A stretch of 64,000 nt of DNA from Promethearchaeota archaeon (GCA_016930515.1 JAFGGO010000158.1:32001-96000); one strand, 5' to 3'; shown: positions 8,719 to 18,711, counted from the stretch's first letter. The notes: generated by a model not told the origin, from the letters alone. A program made the numbers and translations.

Positions 8719-10551
8719 ATGGCAACAACAGGAACGGGAGCATCGTCACTTAAAAGCGTGCAAATTTCCAAGGGTTTATTATACGCGTTTTTTTGCGTGT
8801 ATTTAATCATTTTTGGATTCATCATAATGGATTTTACCGCAGCGTTTCAGATTCAGAACCCTGGATTATTACCCTCGTTCTTTAGTTATATTCCTTACGT
8901 TTGTTTTATTGGAGCTGTTTTTCTAATTTTAGCTTTTATCTGGTTTTTTAGAAATTCAATGGTACAAAAATCTCGAGAAAGTAGGTCCCGAAAGTCAAAA
9001 AAAGGTTCCTTATATAAAAGAGCGCTGTTCGCAATCATATTCGTTTTTGCTTTTATCCCATTGTTTTCTCCCGTTGTCGATCAAGGAAAGAACAATCACT
9101 ATTTTTCCGTATACAATAGTGAATGGAATGGATGCTCTTCCTATCTCGCCGCCATCGAGGCTGCTGGATTCGAAACGATGAGCATTCAATCCAGCTTGAG
9201 CGCAACCGAACGCTTGGATAAATCCGTTTGTTTAGTCCTGTTAGGTCCTAATCAAGTTTATAATCCAATGTTTGATATTCCTTTTTTTATTGGATTCCTC
9301 AACAGTAGTAGTCAAACGAAAAAGAATTCCCTTTTCATAGCACACGACCACGGATCGAGTTATTGGCTTTTATGGGAGGTATTTTTAGCGAATCTTGCAT
9401 CAATGATCTCGGCCGGGGGAAACGCCTCAATGTTTCCAATGACCATTATGGCCGATGGCATATTACACGACAATGCTTCGTGCCTTACAAACGAACTAGG
9501 ACAAGGAGATCCCACATTTCCCATAATTACGAATTTGGAACCTCATCCAACAACGGTGGGAGTGTCGCAGGTGATCTTATCGGAAGCTACTGCCGCAGCT
9601 GGTGGAAAATTATTAATTGAAATGTTTGGATGGGATGTGATAGGACAAACTTCAAGCGATAATAGTTGGGTAGATAAAAATGGAGATCACATGTATAGAT
9701 TAAATAATGATTCTACTCCAGCAGACGATTATATTGATTTATCTTTTATTATAGAACCATTAGAAGAAGTTACTGACGTCGATCTTAGTATGCTCGAGAG
9801 ATTTCCCCTCGGGAGTTCTATTGTCGCTCCAACGGTCTTCTTGGCGAAGGAATTGGCAAACACTCGCGTGTTCGTGAGCTCGGATGCCAGTTGTTTTTCC
9901 AACGACCTTTTATTCGACTACGATAATTATCAATTTGGAATGAACATTATCAATTGGCTTACCTATCAAGGTGTTGACGATCCAAACAACTGGGTCATTG
10001 CCTTTGACGAGGCTCACATTCGTCCCGAATATTCTCGCGATCTTACTTCTGCGGGTATATTTGGGCTCATCTTGGAATATGTTGTTCAATTATCAACAAA
10101 TCCCATTACTGCGTGGATTTACCCGCTTTTAGCTGTTTTTACCTTGCGAAAGTACATACCTAAAAAAGATGAAAAAGCAGAAAAGAAAAGGATTGAAGAA
10201 GAAGAAAAAAAGGAAGAAAAAGAAATGTTCCGAACATCAACCTTTTTCACGCAAAAAATTGATTGGTATAAGGAGAAAGGTCGTTATGGAAAGGCCATCA
10301 CGTTGCTATTCAGGAGAATTGAGAGAAAGCTTAACGCTCAATTAGGAGGAAAACAAATTACTACGAACAATGTCATCGATCTCGTAGTGGCGAAGGAAGC
10401 GGGGGGAAAAGTAAACAAGATGAAGTTAAAAAGATTAACGAAAATTATGGATAGATTATTGGCCATTAAAGCTGGAAAAAGTAAAGTAAGAAATCCTCAG
10501 GATTTCGAAGAATTGTTCTTGGAAATGTCCTGGGCGATGAAAAATATATGA
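8719..10551 (+). CDS. DUF4350 (GATase-like/GIFT-like) membrane protein of MoxR clusters
   Basis: Three N-terminal TMs, SVYNSEWNGCS, RVFVSSDASCFSN, NIINWL, VIAFDEAH, then a TM and helical tail; adjacent to moxR. Confidence 0.72.
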   Translation: MATTGTGASSLKSVQISKGLLYAFFCVYLIIFGFIIMDFTAAFQIQNPGLLPSFFSYIPYVCFIGAVFLILAFIWFFRNSMVQKSRESRSRKSKKGSLYKRALFAIIFVFAFIPLFSPVVDQGKNNHYFSVYNSEWNGCSSYLAAIEAAGFETMSIQSSLSATERLDKSVCLVLLGPNQVYNPMFDIPFFIGFLNSSSQTKKNSLFIAHDHGSSYWLLWEVFLANLASMISAGGNASMFPMTIMADGILHDNASCLTNELGQGDPTFPIITNLEPHPTTVGVSQVILSEATAAAGGKLLIEMFGWDVIGQTSSDNSWVDKNGDHMYRLNNDSTPADDYIDLSFIIEPLEEVTDVDLSMLERFPLGSSIVAPTVFLAKELANTRVFVSSDASCFSNDLLFDYDNYQFGMNIINWLTYQGVDDPNNWVIAFDEAHIRPEYSRDLTSAGIFGLILEYVVQLSTNPITAWIYPLLAVFTLRKYIPKKDEKAEKKRIEEEEKKEEKEMFRTSTFFTQKIDWYKEKGRYGKAITLLFRRIERKLNAQLGGKQITTNNVIDLVVAKEAGGKVNKMKLKRLTKIMDRLLAIKAGKSKVRNPQDFEELFLEMSWAMKNI

Positions 10552-10623
10552 TCAATTTTATGTAATTATTGAATAATATAAATAAAAAATATAAAAAATA
10601 ATACAAAATAGGAGTGAAGAAAT

Positions 10624-11601
10624 ATGGCAGAAAAAGCTAAATCTCGAGATTCTAAGGATTCGCTTGATGTAACACCAATACGAGAAATTGCTCAAGATGT
10701 TTTATCAGAGGTATCTCGAGTGATTGTCGGAAACGGAGAAATCTTACAACACTTGTTTGTAGCGCTGCTCGTAAACGGTCACGTGCTCTTGGAAGGAGTT
10801 CCTGGTTTGGGCAAGACAGTCATGGCAAAGACTTTTGCAGAGACCTTGGGGATATCGTTTAAAAGAGTGCAATTCACGCCAGACCTCTTGCCAGCAGATA
10901 TAACAGGAACGAAAATTTTCGACCAACAAGAGGGCGCTTTCGTTCTTCAAAAAGGACCTATATTTGCAAACCTCGTGCTTGCAGATGAAATCAATAGAAG
11001 TGCCCCAAAGACGCAAGCAGCTCTCCTCGAAGCGATGGCCGAAAGACAGGTCACGATCGAAGGACAAACGCTTATGCTTGAAAAACCGTTCATGGTGGTA
11101 GCTACGGAAAATCCGGTGGAAATGGAGGGGACATACCCCTTACCTGAAGCTCAAGTTGATAGATTCCTTTTTAAATTATGGTTGGATTATCCCGAGCATC
11201 AAGAAGAAGTTGAAATCCTTCGAAGACAACTCACTGGCGATTCTCCGTCCGTAGAAACCATCACGAATGGCGAGGAACTATTAGCGGCACAAAAATTGAT
11301 GAATATGGTGTACATTGACGATCGCATCTTGAAATACATTCGGGACATCATTTTAAAGACTCGAAATCACCCTCAAATCGCCTTAGGGTGCGGTCCGCGA
11401 GCTTCCTTGGTGCTCATGAAATGTTCAAAAGCGCGAGCGGCCATTCTTGGCAGGATTTACGTTACACCCGATGATGTACGAGCCCTATCAATGCCCGCTT
11501 TAAACCACAGGATCCTTCTCAAGCCTGAAGCTGAACTTGAAGGTTTGGATGTTAAATCCGTGGTTAAAAGCATACTCGAGGAAATACCCATACCAATTTA
11601 A
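10624..11601 (+). CDS. moxR: MoxR-family AAA+ ATPase
   Basis: HVLLEGVPGLGKT, RVQFTPDLLPADITG, LADEINR, ATENPVEMEGTYPLPEAQVDRF. Confidence 0.97.
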   Translation: MAEKAKSRDSKDSLDVTPIREIAQDVLSEVSRVIVGNGEILQHLFVALLVNGHVLLEGVPGLGKTVMAKTFAETLGISFKRVQFTPDLLPADITGTKIFDQQEGAFVLQKGPIFANLVLADEINRSAPKTQAALLEAMAERQVTIEGQTLMLEKPFMVVATENPVEMEGTYPLPEAQVDRFLFKLWLDYPEHQEEVEILRRQLTGDSPSVETITNGEELLAAQKLMNMVYIDDRILKYIRDIILKTRNHPQIALGCGPRASLVLMKCSKARAAILGRIYVTPDDVRALSMPALNHRILLKPEAELEGLDVKSVVKSILEEIPIPI

Positions 11602-11653
11602 TTGCGCATTAAATTGGAACTAGATCAAGAAAAAAAGTTGGTGGTGGATAAAC

Positions 11654-12982
11654 ATTTTTGGTGGAAAAGGTAGGACATTAATATTATTTGCGGCGTTTTT
11701 CCTATGTGCAGGATTTGCATTCGTAAATTACTTTCTAATTTACTTCGGGATCCTCCTGTTATTTAGTACGGTGATTAGTTTACCGTTTTTTGCGCTGCAC
11801 ATGAATGTGGAGGAATTAATTGTACACCGAGAACTTGACAAGGAAAAAGTTTTTCGGGACGATTTTTTGCATGTTAAAGTAGTAATTGAAAACACTGGAA
11901 GGCACAATTTTGACTTTTTAGAAATTCGAGATTATTACAATCCCCAACTTTTTAGATTAATCCTCGGAGAAAATTTCATCTCAACGAGAATAGGCGCAAA
12001 AAAAACTATTAAGTTTTCATATATCCTCGAGCCCAAAGTAAGAGGAGAATATCCATTAGGACCGTTGTCCTTAACCGTAAAAGATAGGTTGGGATTCAAT
12101 TCCACCGAGCGAATTGTTCCTAACAGTGTAACGGATATTCTAGTTTATCCGCCTTACGAAGACATCAAGAGGATCGAAATCTTGGGATCAAAAAGGTCCT
12201 TACAATTAAATTACGGTTCTCAAAGGTCCAAGCAGAAAGGTACGGGTACCGAATTCTACGGAATGAGGAGGTACGCGTTTGGAGATCAATTCAGGTTGAT
12301 TGATTGGAAAGCTAGCGTTCGGCAGCAGAGGCTTATCGTGAGAGAACACGAAACCGAAAGGGATGTCACCGTTATGATTTTAGTAGATTCTTCTAGTAGT
12401 ATGGCTGGTGGCGCAATAGAAAACACTAAATTCGAATATGCCATTCGTGCTTGCATGTTATTAACTAAAGTATCACTCACGAGAAGAGATAGCGTTGGAG
12501 TTTATACTTTTTCCGATAAAAAAAACTTCAAGTTCTTGAAACCAAATCGGGGGGATGATCAGTTTTATACCGTATTGGATTTCGTTGCGAGAGTAAAACC
12601 TGCGGCAAAATGCCGGTTTGCCGAAGCAATGGACACGTTCACGAAGAGATTTCAAAAACGCAGTCTGATCTTTATCATATCCGATTTAGAATCAAACACG
12701 AAGGATATAACCGAAGGTATAAAGAAATTGCTTCCTTTCAATCATTCTGTTATCTTGATCAATCCGTTCTCGCCGTGGTTTGAAATTCACGAAATGGATT
12801 TATCTTCCACGGATAAAGCCTTGGCAGAAGCAATTAGTGAGGAGATGATGGAACACATCTTAGCTATCAAGCAAGAAATCAGCAGATTAGGCGTTAATCT
12901 CGTAACTTGTGGACCCGACGACATGCTAAATCAAGTATTAGCAAATTATATGGAGGCAAAGAAAAAGGGAAAGGCGTATTAA
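11654..12982 (+). CDS. DUF58 / vWA-domain protein (MoxR partner) with N-terminal TM hairpin
   Basis: GTEFYGMRRYAFGD..R.IDWKAS, MIDAS-like DSSSSM, IISDL. The frame extends upstream of GTG 11771 through a hydrophobic segment; probable start is ATT 11654. Confidence 0.9.
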   Translation: MFGGKGRTLILFAAFFLCAGFAFVNYFLIYFGILLLFSTVISLPFFALHMNVEELIVHRELDKEKVFRDDFLHVKVVIENTGRHNFDFLEIRDYYNPQLFRLILGENFISTRIGAKKTIKFSYILEPKVRGEYPLGPLSLTVKDRLGFNSTERIVPNSVTDILVYPPYEDIKRIEILGSKRSLQLNYGSQRSKQKGTGTEFYGMRRYAFGDQFRLIDWKASVRQQRLIVREHETERDVTVMILVDSSSSMAGGAIENTKFEYAIRACMLLTKVSLTRRDSVGVYTFSDKKNFKFLKPNRGDDQFYTVLDFVARVKPAAKCRFAEAMDTFTKRFQKRSLIFIISDLESNTKDITEGIKKLLPFNHSVILINPFSPWFEIHEMDLSSTDKALAEAISEEMMEHILAIKQEISRLGVNLVTCGPDDMLNQVLANYMEAKKKGKAY

Positions 12983-12985
12983 ACC

Positions 12986-14461
12986 ATGGCACGAAATTAT
13001 TTGTTAGGATTGAGACTCGTTAATGGAATCATATTTATAATCGTTTTATCAATATTTTTAAGCGTTTTTAATTACCTGGCGATTCTTTACACGGATACCG
13101 GAGAATTAGCCATAGTTGCATTTATATTTTCTATTAAAAACGTTTTAACTTATTTTATTTTTATCGTGATCTACGGTATCGGATATATGGTTTCTTTTGT
13201 CGTTACTTTTGGACAAGCTGAGTCGATAAGGGCGGTTCAATCGTTTTTTAGGACCCTTTTTAGTTCCTGGTTTAGTTTTTCCACACCAACGGGAGAAGCT
13301 CCTGAGTTGGAAAATATACTTGATGAGGTCTTGGAAGAATTACAGATCTTTCTTTCAGATGCCTACTTGATCATCTTTCAAGTCTGCTTCATCATTGCCA
13401 TTATTTATGCGATCAGGGCAATTTACAAGAGCAATCCGAAGTACAACCTCAGGTCGATTGGTGGTTTGATGTTAATGATTATCATCCCAATAATGGTATT
13501 TGGATTTAAAGACATGATGGCGCTATTTGGTTTCCCAATAGAACTCCTTGTCCCTCAACTCGCAGATTTACCCAATCCTGTAAGTTCTAGCGTTAATGAA
13601 CTTCCTATTGACGATTTTTTCTTGTTTATTAGCAGTTCGATCTCTGGACTTGCCATATTCGCTTATATATATTTAGAGCTCGCCTTTCAAATTAATTATA
13701 CGGATTTGGTTACTAAACCTTCCCTCGAAAGAAGCGATCGTTTACAAGCTCAATTGAGATTGTTAAAAAAAGAGTCTACCCATGTGATCGCAAATGTTGA
13801 TAAAATAAAGGAAGAAGCAAAAAAAAGAAAGGAAGAATTAGAACTAAAAAAAGAATCGGTGGGGAAATTGTTTTCGAGCACGATTAGCTCTAGCTTTTCT
13901 TATGTTAAGGAAATGATAGAAAAGAAAAAACTCGAGGCTGAAGAAAAGAAGCTCGTCACCGCTGCCTCTAAGACCAGAAGATTGGGACGGTTTATTGAGC
14001 GTCTTTTTCAAGAAGACTCAGAAGCTGAGGACACAATTACTGCGAAATCGGCCGCCCCTAGGGCCATGCATCTTGCAAAATCGACTGTTATAAATTTTTC
14101 CATTCGTCTCATGCTTCTTATCATCATTAGCTTTATTATAATTCACCCGGAATGGTTCCTTTCGAATATCTTCCAGTTACCCCCTGCCATCAGTAAAAGC
14201 GTGGTGTTACAAGGTTCCCCCGAGGGGATTATCATTTTATTACTTCCGATTATTGTTGTAATTCCTGTAATTTCATTGGCAATCTCCTATTCGAAACATA
14301 GAAACCTCATGATTAGGCTAAGGCAAGAAGGAAAGATAAAACAAATACTCACGACAGTCGGGGATTATGTGAAAATTGAAGAGGAAGAAAAACCTGAAGA
14401 AGCAGAGAAAGAAAGCGCAGAGCCCTCGCTCACTCCAGAATCATCTCCTGAACCCTCGTGA
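12986..14461 (+). CDS. Polytopic membrane protein with cytoplasmic coiled coil (last gene of the MoxR operon)
   Basis: About 7 hydrophobic helices with a charged coiled-coil loop; starts 3 bp after the DUF58 gene. Confidence 0.7.
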   Translation: MARNYLLGLRLVNGIIFIIVLSIFLSVFNYLAILYTDTGELAIVAFIFSIKNVLTYFIFIVIYGIGYMVSFVVTFGQAESIRAVQSFFRTLFSSWFSFSTPTGEAPELENILDEVLEELQIFLSDAYLIIFQVCFIIAIIYAIRAIYKSNPKYNLRSIGGLMLMIIIPIMVFGFKDMMALFGFPIELLVPQLADLPNPVSSSVNELPIDDFFLFISSSISGLAIFAYIYLELAFQINYTDLVTKPSLERSDRLQAQLRLLKKESTHVIANVDKIKEEAKKRKEELELKKESVGKLFSSTISSSFSYVKEMIEKKKLEAEEKKLVTAASKTRRLGRFIERLFQEDSEAEDTITAKSAAPRAMHLAKSTVINFSIRLMLLIIISFIIIHPEWFLSNIFQLPPAISKSVVLQGSPEGIIILLLPIIVVIPVISLAISYSKHRNLMIRLRQEGKIKQILTTVGDYVKIEEEEKPEEAEKESAEPSLTPESSPEPS

Positions 14462-14467
14462 TTGTTA

Positions 14468-15418
14468 TTATAATTCTAAATCTAGCACGAATCTCGCTAG
14501 ATCTTCCTTTTTTTTCTGGTCCTTCATGATAGTATCAAAACAATGCGCTTGGATTCCTAAATTATCGATCTCTATTTTTCGATCGTAATCCTCGCTATCA
14601 ATAACGAAATGTGAAATTATATCTTGGTAATATTTGGCAACTCCAACACAAGACGCTTCGTGGCCTAAAGCTTCCATTAACTTATCTGCAGGGCCTTTTA
14701 AGGTAGCACCTTTAATTATTGGGCTTATTGCAATAACCTTTTTATGTGCATTTTTTAACGCTTCTTTAATACCCAAGACGCTTAAGATAGTCCCGATAGA
14801 AACAATCGGGTTTGAAGGACATATGATAATTCTTTCGGCGCTCTTAATATAATCGAATATTGCTTTTATGGGTCTTGCGTTCTTATTACCCCTAAATTCG
14901 ATCTTTATGACTCTTGGTTCACATCGCTCTTTTATGAAATATTCCTCAAAATGCATGGTACCAGAAGGCGTTTGAATGTAAGTTTGGAACTCCTCGTTAC
15001 ACATGGGAACAATTCGTGCTTTAATGCCTAGTTTTTGGGTAATAGCTTGTGTTGCTTCGTACTTGTTAAAACCTTTAGCGATTAAATCAGTGCGGAAAAT
15101 GTGGGTGGCTAGATCCTTATCCCCTGCGTTAAACCATCCAATTCCATAGTACTTACTCAGAATATTCAAGCAATTAAACGATTCGTCTTGAAATCCCCAT
15201 CCTTTTTGATCATCCACTACTCCCGCAAGCGTGTAGGTTATGATATCCAAGTCGGGACATATTTTTAAGCCGAATAAATCTATATCGTCCCCTGTATTTA
15301 CTACTATAGCAATATCCTCTTGGTCCACCACGCTGGCAATGCCCTTGACAAACTTTGCTGCCCCGACTCCTCCTGCTAACAATAAATATTTTGTACGATT
15401 GATGATATTTCCCCTCAA
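14468..15418 (-). CDS. cofD: 2-phospho-L-lactate/PEP transferase (F420-0 synthesis)
   Basis: LAGGVGAAKF, NTGDD, ICPDLD, GDKDLATH, HFEEYF, PSNPIVSIG, GPADKLM. Confidence 0.95.
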   Translation of the reverse strand: MRGNIINRTKYLLLAGGVGAAKFVKGIASVVDQEDIAIVVNTGDDIDLFGLKICPDLDIITYTLAGVVDDQKGWGFQDESFNCLNILSKYYGIGWFNAGDKDLATHIFRTDLIAKGFNKYEATQAITQKLGIKARIVPMCNEEFQTYIQTPSGTMHFEEYFIKERCEPRVIKIEFRGNKNARPIKAIFDYIKSAERIIICPSNPIVSIGTILSVLGIKEALKNAHKKVIAISPIIKGATLKGPADKLMEALGHEASCVGVAKYYQDIISHFVIDSEDYDRKIEIDNLGIQAHCFDTIMKDQKKKEDLARFVLDLEL

Positions 15419-16830
15419 TAAAAATCCTTTGGACTAAACATTATTTCTGATAATCCTTTTCGGTTTGGAATTATTGGTTCCTTGGTTCCCCGCCCTATAG
15501 TGAGGAAAGCAAGGGGTTCGAAAGAATTGGGCAGATTTAACGCTTTTTTTACAACTTCTTTTGCAAAAAGTGGCGCACAATACCAACAAGCAGCCAATTT
15601 TTTAGATTCCAAGGCAAGAAGCAGGCACATGATGGAAGCACTAACACTTTGCACTCCTAAAATATATTCGCTTTCTCTTCTCTTATCGTCGCCATACTTC
15701 TCTAAATCGGTAGTATCCAGGCATGCGAGCATTAAATAGGGAGCATCTATGAATTTCCTTCGGGTTTTATTTTTCTTTTTCGTGATGAATTCAATAGTTC
15801 TTCCATCACGTAATAAATCATTTTTAAGCTCTTGGTTCATTTTTTCAATTAAATTATTTCTAAGATCGCCTTTTTCAAGTAAGAAATACCTCCAAAACTG
15901 TCCGTTATGGGCGCTAGGTGCCAAGGTCGCCAGTTTCACGCATTCCTTGATGATTTGAGCGTCTAATTCCTCGTCGTTGAATTTTAATTTATAGCTTCTC
16001 CGATTTTTCAGTACCATTTCAAAATCGTATGGTGATTTATCGATTCGAAACAAGTCTGCTTTTTTATCTCGTAAGATCGTCTTGATTGAGGCGTTTTTTT
16101 CAAACGAAAAATTATATCCCCTTATGATAACGACTGGTTGTCCCTCGTTCGCTTCCCCCATCACGAGTTGCGCCGCAGATGCTAAATTATCCGCTTGTCC
16201 AACTATGGTGCTTTCTAATATATGACCAAATAAATCGCAGTATCCCCTTTGATCCTTTTCAGGGCGAATACCAAATATCCCTAGTGCAACTCCCACGGCT
16301 CCAACCCTAAAAGGACGACCGAATGAGTCCGTAATGATCACAGCCACCTCCTTGTTGGTTGCTTTTTTCAGCGATTGGGCAATTGTCTTGGCATCTTCGT
16401 CAGGATTTTCGGGAAGAAGGGCTATATTACCCTCGCCCTCCACATTAGATTTATCGATTCCTGCGTTGGCACATACGAAACCGTGTCTTGTTTCGGTAAT
16501 GAGCACATGCTCGATTTTGAGGAGTTCTTTTGATTCATCCAATATGGCTTGAATGTGCTCCGGAGTTTTTAAAGGCAGGTTTTTTGCTTGAGTTTTTTGT
16601 TTCATTAAACGATAAATATTGCGCGCTTCTGTGGTTGGTACGATTTCCTTGAGGTTGCGAATCCTTCCATTGCTTTTAGAAACAATAGTTTGGGCGATTA
16701 TCACGATATCACCGTCTTCTAAACAAATTTTATTCTTTTGAACGCATGTTAAAATTTGACTTGAAATGTTGTCTCCAGGATTAACAAGAGGAAAACCCTT
16801 TAAACTCAAGATTTCAATTTTTTCGTTCAT
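15415..16830 (-). CDS. cofE: F420-0:gamma-glutamyl ligase fused to a C-terminal nitroreductase domain (FbiB architecture)
   Basis: CANAGIDKSN, IITDSFGRPFR, DNLASAAQLVMGEANEGQPVVIIRG; then NRRSY...APSAHNGQFW...CWYCAPLF nitroreductase motifs. Confidence 0.93.
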   Translation of the reverse strand: MNEKIEILSLKGFPLVNPGDNISSQILTCVQKNKICLEDGDIVIIAQTIVSKSNGRIRNLKEIVPTTEARNIYRLMKQKTQAKNLPLKTPEHIQAILDESKELLKIEHVLITETRHGFVCANAGIDKSNVEGEGNIALLPENPDEDAKTIAQSLKKATNKEVAVIITDSFGRPFRVGAVGVALGIFGIRPEKDQRGYCDLFGHILESTIVGQADNLASAAQLVMGEANEGQPVVIIRGYNFSFEKNASIKTILRDKKADLFRIDKSPYDFEMVLKNRRSYKLKFNDEELDAQIIKECVKLATLAPSAHNGQFWRYFLLEKGDLRNNLIEKMNQELKNDLLRDGRTIEFITKKKNKTRRKFIDAPYLMLACLDTTDLEKYGDDKRRESEYILGVQSVSASIMCLLLALESKKLAACWYCAPLFAKEVVKKALNLPNSFEPLAFLTIGRGTKEPIIPNRKGLSEIMFSPKDFY

Positions 16831-16841
16831 GAATAATGACC

Positions 16842-17921
16842 CTATTTTTTTTTAAATTTTTTTAACATTTTAAGATAACCCTTAATGTCTGAATCTCGAC
16901 TTCCTGCAAATTTCTCGTAGACCGTAGGAATGGCGCAACAAGCAGAATAGAATTCGAACTCCACGCGTGGATCTAACTTTTTTAACCATTCTAAGCTGTC
17001 TCTCGACGGTATTTCAAGTCGATTGATCCCTGCCCTTATGGCTAATTTCTCGATATCACCCTTAAGGGCTCCTCTTGGTCTCATACACCCGAGCGAGATC
17101 TCTGTATCAGGAAAAGCAAACCTGATAATTGCAATAATCTTGGCTAGATCAACCGGATCGGGGATTTTAAAGGTTTCTTTCCCGTGTTTTGGTGGAATTA
17201 GTGCTATTAAAACTATTAACGACGGTTTCAATTTGGATTCTTTAATGAATTTGATCGCTTCAAGTTCTTTATGCAATTTTCCGTAATAGAGTCCAACGCA
17301 AATATGAGGTACGACATTTAATCCTTTTTTTTTCATTAAGGTGATCGATTTTTTGTAATCTTCTGGAGTTTTAGTTTTTAGCCGATAGATATCACTAATA
17401 ATATTTTGATCCATTGTAATATCAAACGAGATGATGTCAACTCCCGCGTTAACAAGAGCATTTGCGGTGGTCTCGGTAAGAAGACCTGTATGGGCATTTA
17501 TGATCAGGTTTGTATTTTTTTTTATTTTTTTGATAGTATCTAAATATTCTAACAATGGAACTGCACCTTCAGAATCACATCCCCCCGAAATTAAAGCACC
17601 CGTCCCTCCTTCTGTGGCAACTCTTAATAAAAATTCTTCCAGGACCTCGTTTTGAACGATAGGTGTCATTCCATTAAGATATTTTTTATCGCAATGCAGG
17701 CATTCTAAGGCGCATTCAGCTCCAGTAAGACTTATCGAAGGAAATCTCTTGCTTGGAATGTAAATTTTAAGCTTATTTCCAAAAATTTGGATCGTTCTTT
17801 CGCGCGCAAGTTCTAAAAATTGATTTAGCTCTTCAGAGTTGAGATGAAGAAATTCTTCGTAATCCTTCCATGAGGCTTTTTGTAATTGTATCTTTTCTAA
17901 TAAGTTTGATGTTTTATTCAT
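16842..17921 (-). CDS. lipS1: Radical SAM lipoyl synthase subunit LipS1
   Basis: CALECLHC plus the LipS1-type GCMR and CC motifs; flanks a lipoate ligase gene. Confidence 0.85.
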   Translation of the reverse strand: MNKTSNLLEKIQLQKASWKDYEEFLHLNSEELNQFLELARERTIQIFGNKLKIYIPSKRFPSISLTGAECALECLHCDKKYLNGMTPIVQNEVLEEFLLRVATEGGTGALISGGCDSEGAVPLLEYLDTIKKIKKNTNLIINAHTGLLTETTANALVNAGVDIISFDITMDQNIISDIYRLKTKTPEDYKKSITLMKKKGLNVVPHICVGLYYGKLHKELEAIKFIKESKLKPSLIVLIALIPPKHGKETFKIPDPVDLAKIIAIIRFAFPDTEISLGCMRPRGALKGDIEKLAIRAGINRLEIPSRDSLEWLKKLDPRVEFEFYSACCAIPTVYEKFAGSRDSDIKGYLKMLKKFKKK

Positions 17922-18693
17922 ATTTCGAAAGCCATTCTTTGTTTGAATATCGTTTTTTAACTAAATGATTGGCCATTTCTAATTCTTGGTCGGTAAAACT
18001 TCCTTCTTCGAGCCGAATCCCTAACGCAATCTCAAAACCTTTCTTCAGGGCAGAAACCATCCTCTCTTCATCGTATTCGGTAATGTAGTCTTTTATACCA
18101 ACGCATTTTGCGTATACAGACCTTACCATTCTCGTCTTACTAACTCCCTGAGGTGCCTTTAAAACGGAATACATGAGTTCGGGATCGAGATCCAATAATA
18201 TTGTTCCGTGCTGAAGCAAGTATCCTTTTTTTCTCACTTGTGCATTTCCCGAAATCTTCTTTCCGTCTAAGAACAACGCGGGACAATGGATGACGCCTTT
18301 TTCAGCGCTTAAACCGTATAGATGCAAGCCCGAAATAATTCCTTGAGTGATAATTTCAAATTGTTCAAGGGTTTTATTGGCCTTTAATTCTTTCAGAAAA
18401 ACTAATGGACAGGCAATAGAATATGTTATTTCCCTATCCTTGTCGTGAAATACGGCGCCCCCACCAGTGATTCGCCTTACCACATTAAAACCATTCTCAT
18501 TGGCTATATCAATGAAAACTTCGTCCGAAAGACTTTGATTTCTTCCAATGGTAATCGTCGATGGAAACCACTTGAAAAAGCGTAATGTGTTGGGTGATTG
18601 TCCAGATATTACGCTATTTAGAACTGCTTCGTCTAAAGCCATGTTCCAATAACCATTTCGGGATTCTAAAGGAATAAAACGCCAAATTTCCAT
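17914..18693 (-). CDS. Lipoate-protein ligase / octanoyltransferase (LplA N-terminal / LipM-like)
   Basis: NMALDEA, VRRITGGGAVFHD, GKKISGNAQ, LQHGTILL. Confidence 0.93.
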   Translation of the reverse strand: MEIWRFIPLESRNGYWNMALDEAVLNSVISGQSPNTLRFFKWFPSTITIGRNQSLSDEVFIDIANENGFNVVRRITGGGAVFHDKDREITYSIACPLVFLKELKANKTLEQFEIITQGIISGLHLYGLSAEKGVIHCPALFLDGKKISGNAQVRKKGYLLQHGTILLDLDPELMYSVLKAPQGVSKTRMVRSVYAKCVGIKDYITEYDEERMVSALKKGFEIALGIRLEEGSFTDQELEMANHLVKKRYSNKEWLSKYE

Positions 18694-18711
18694 TTTTACT
18701 TATTAAAGTAC

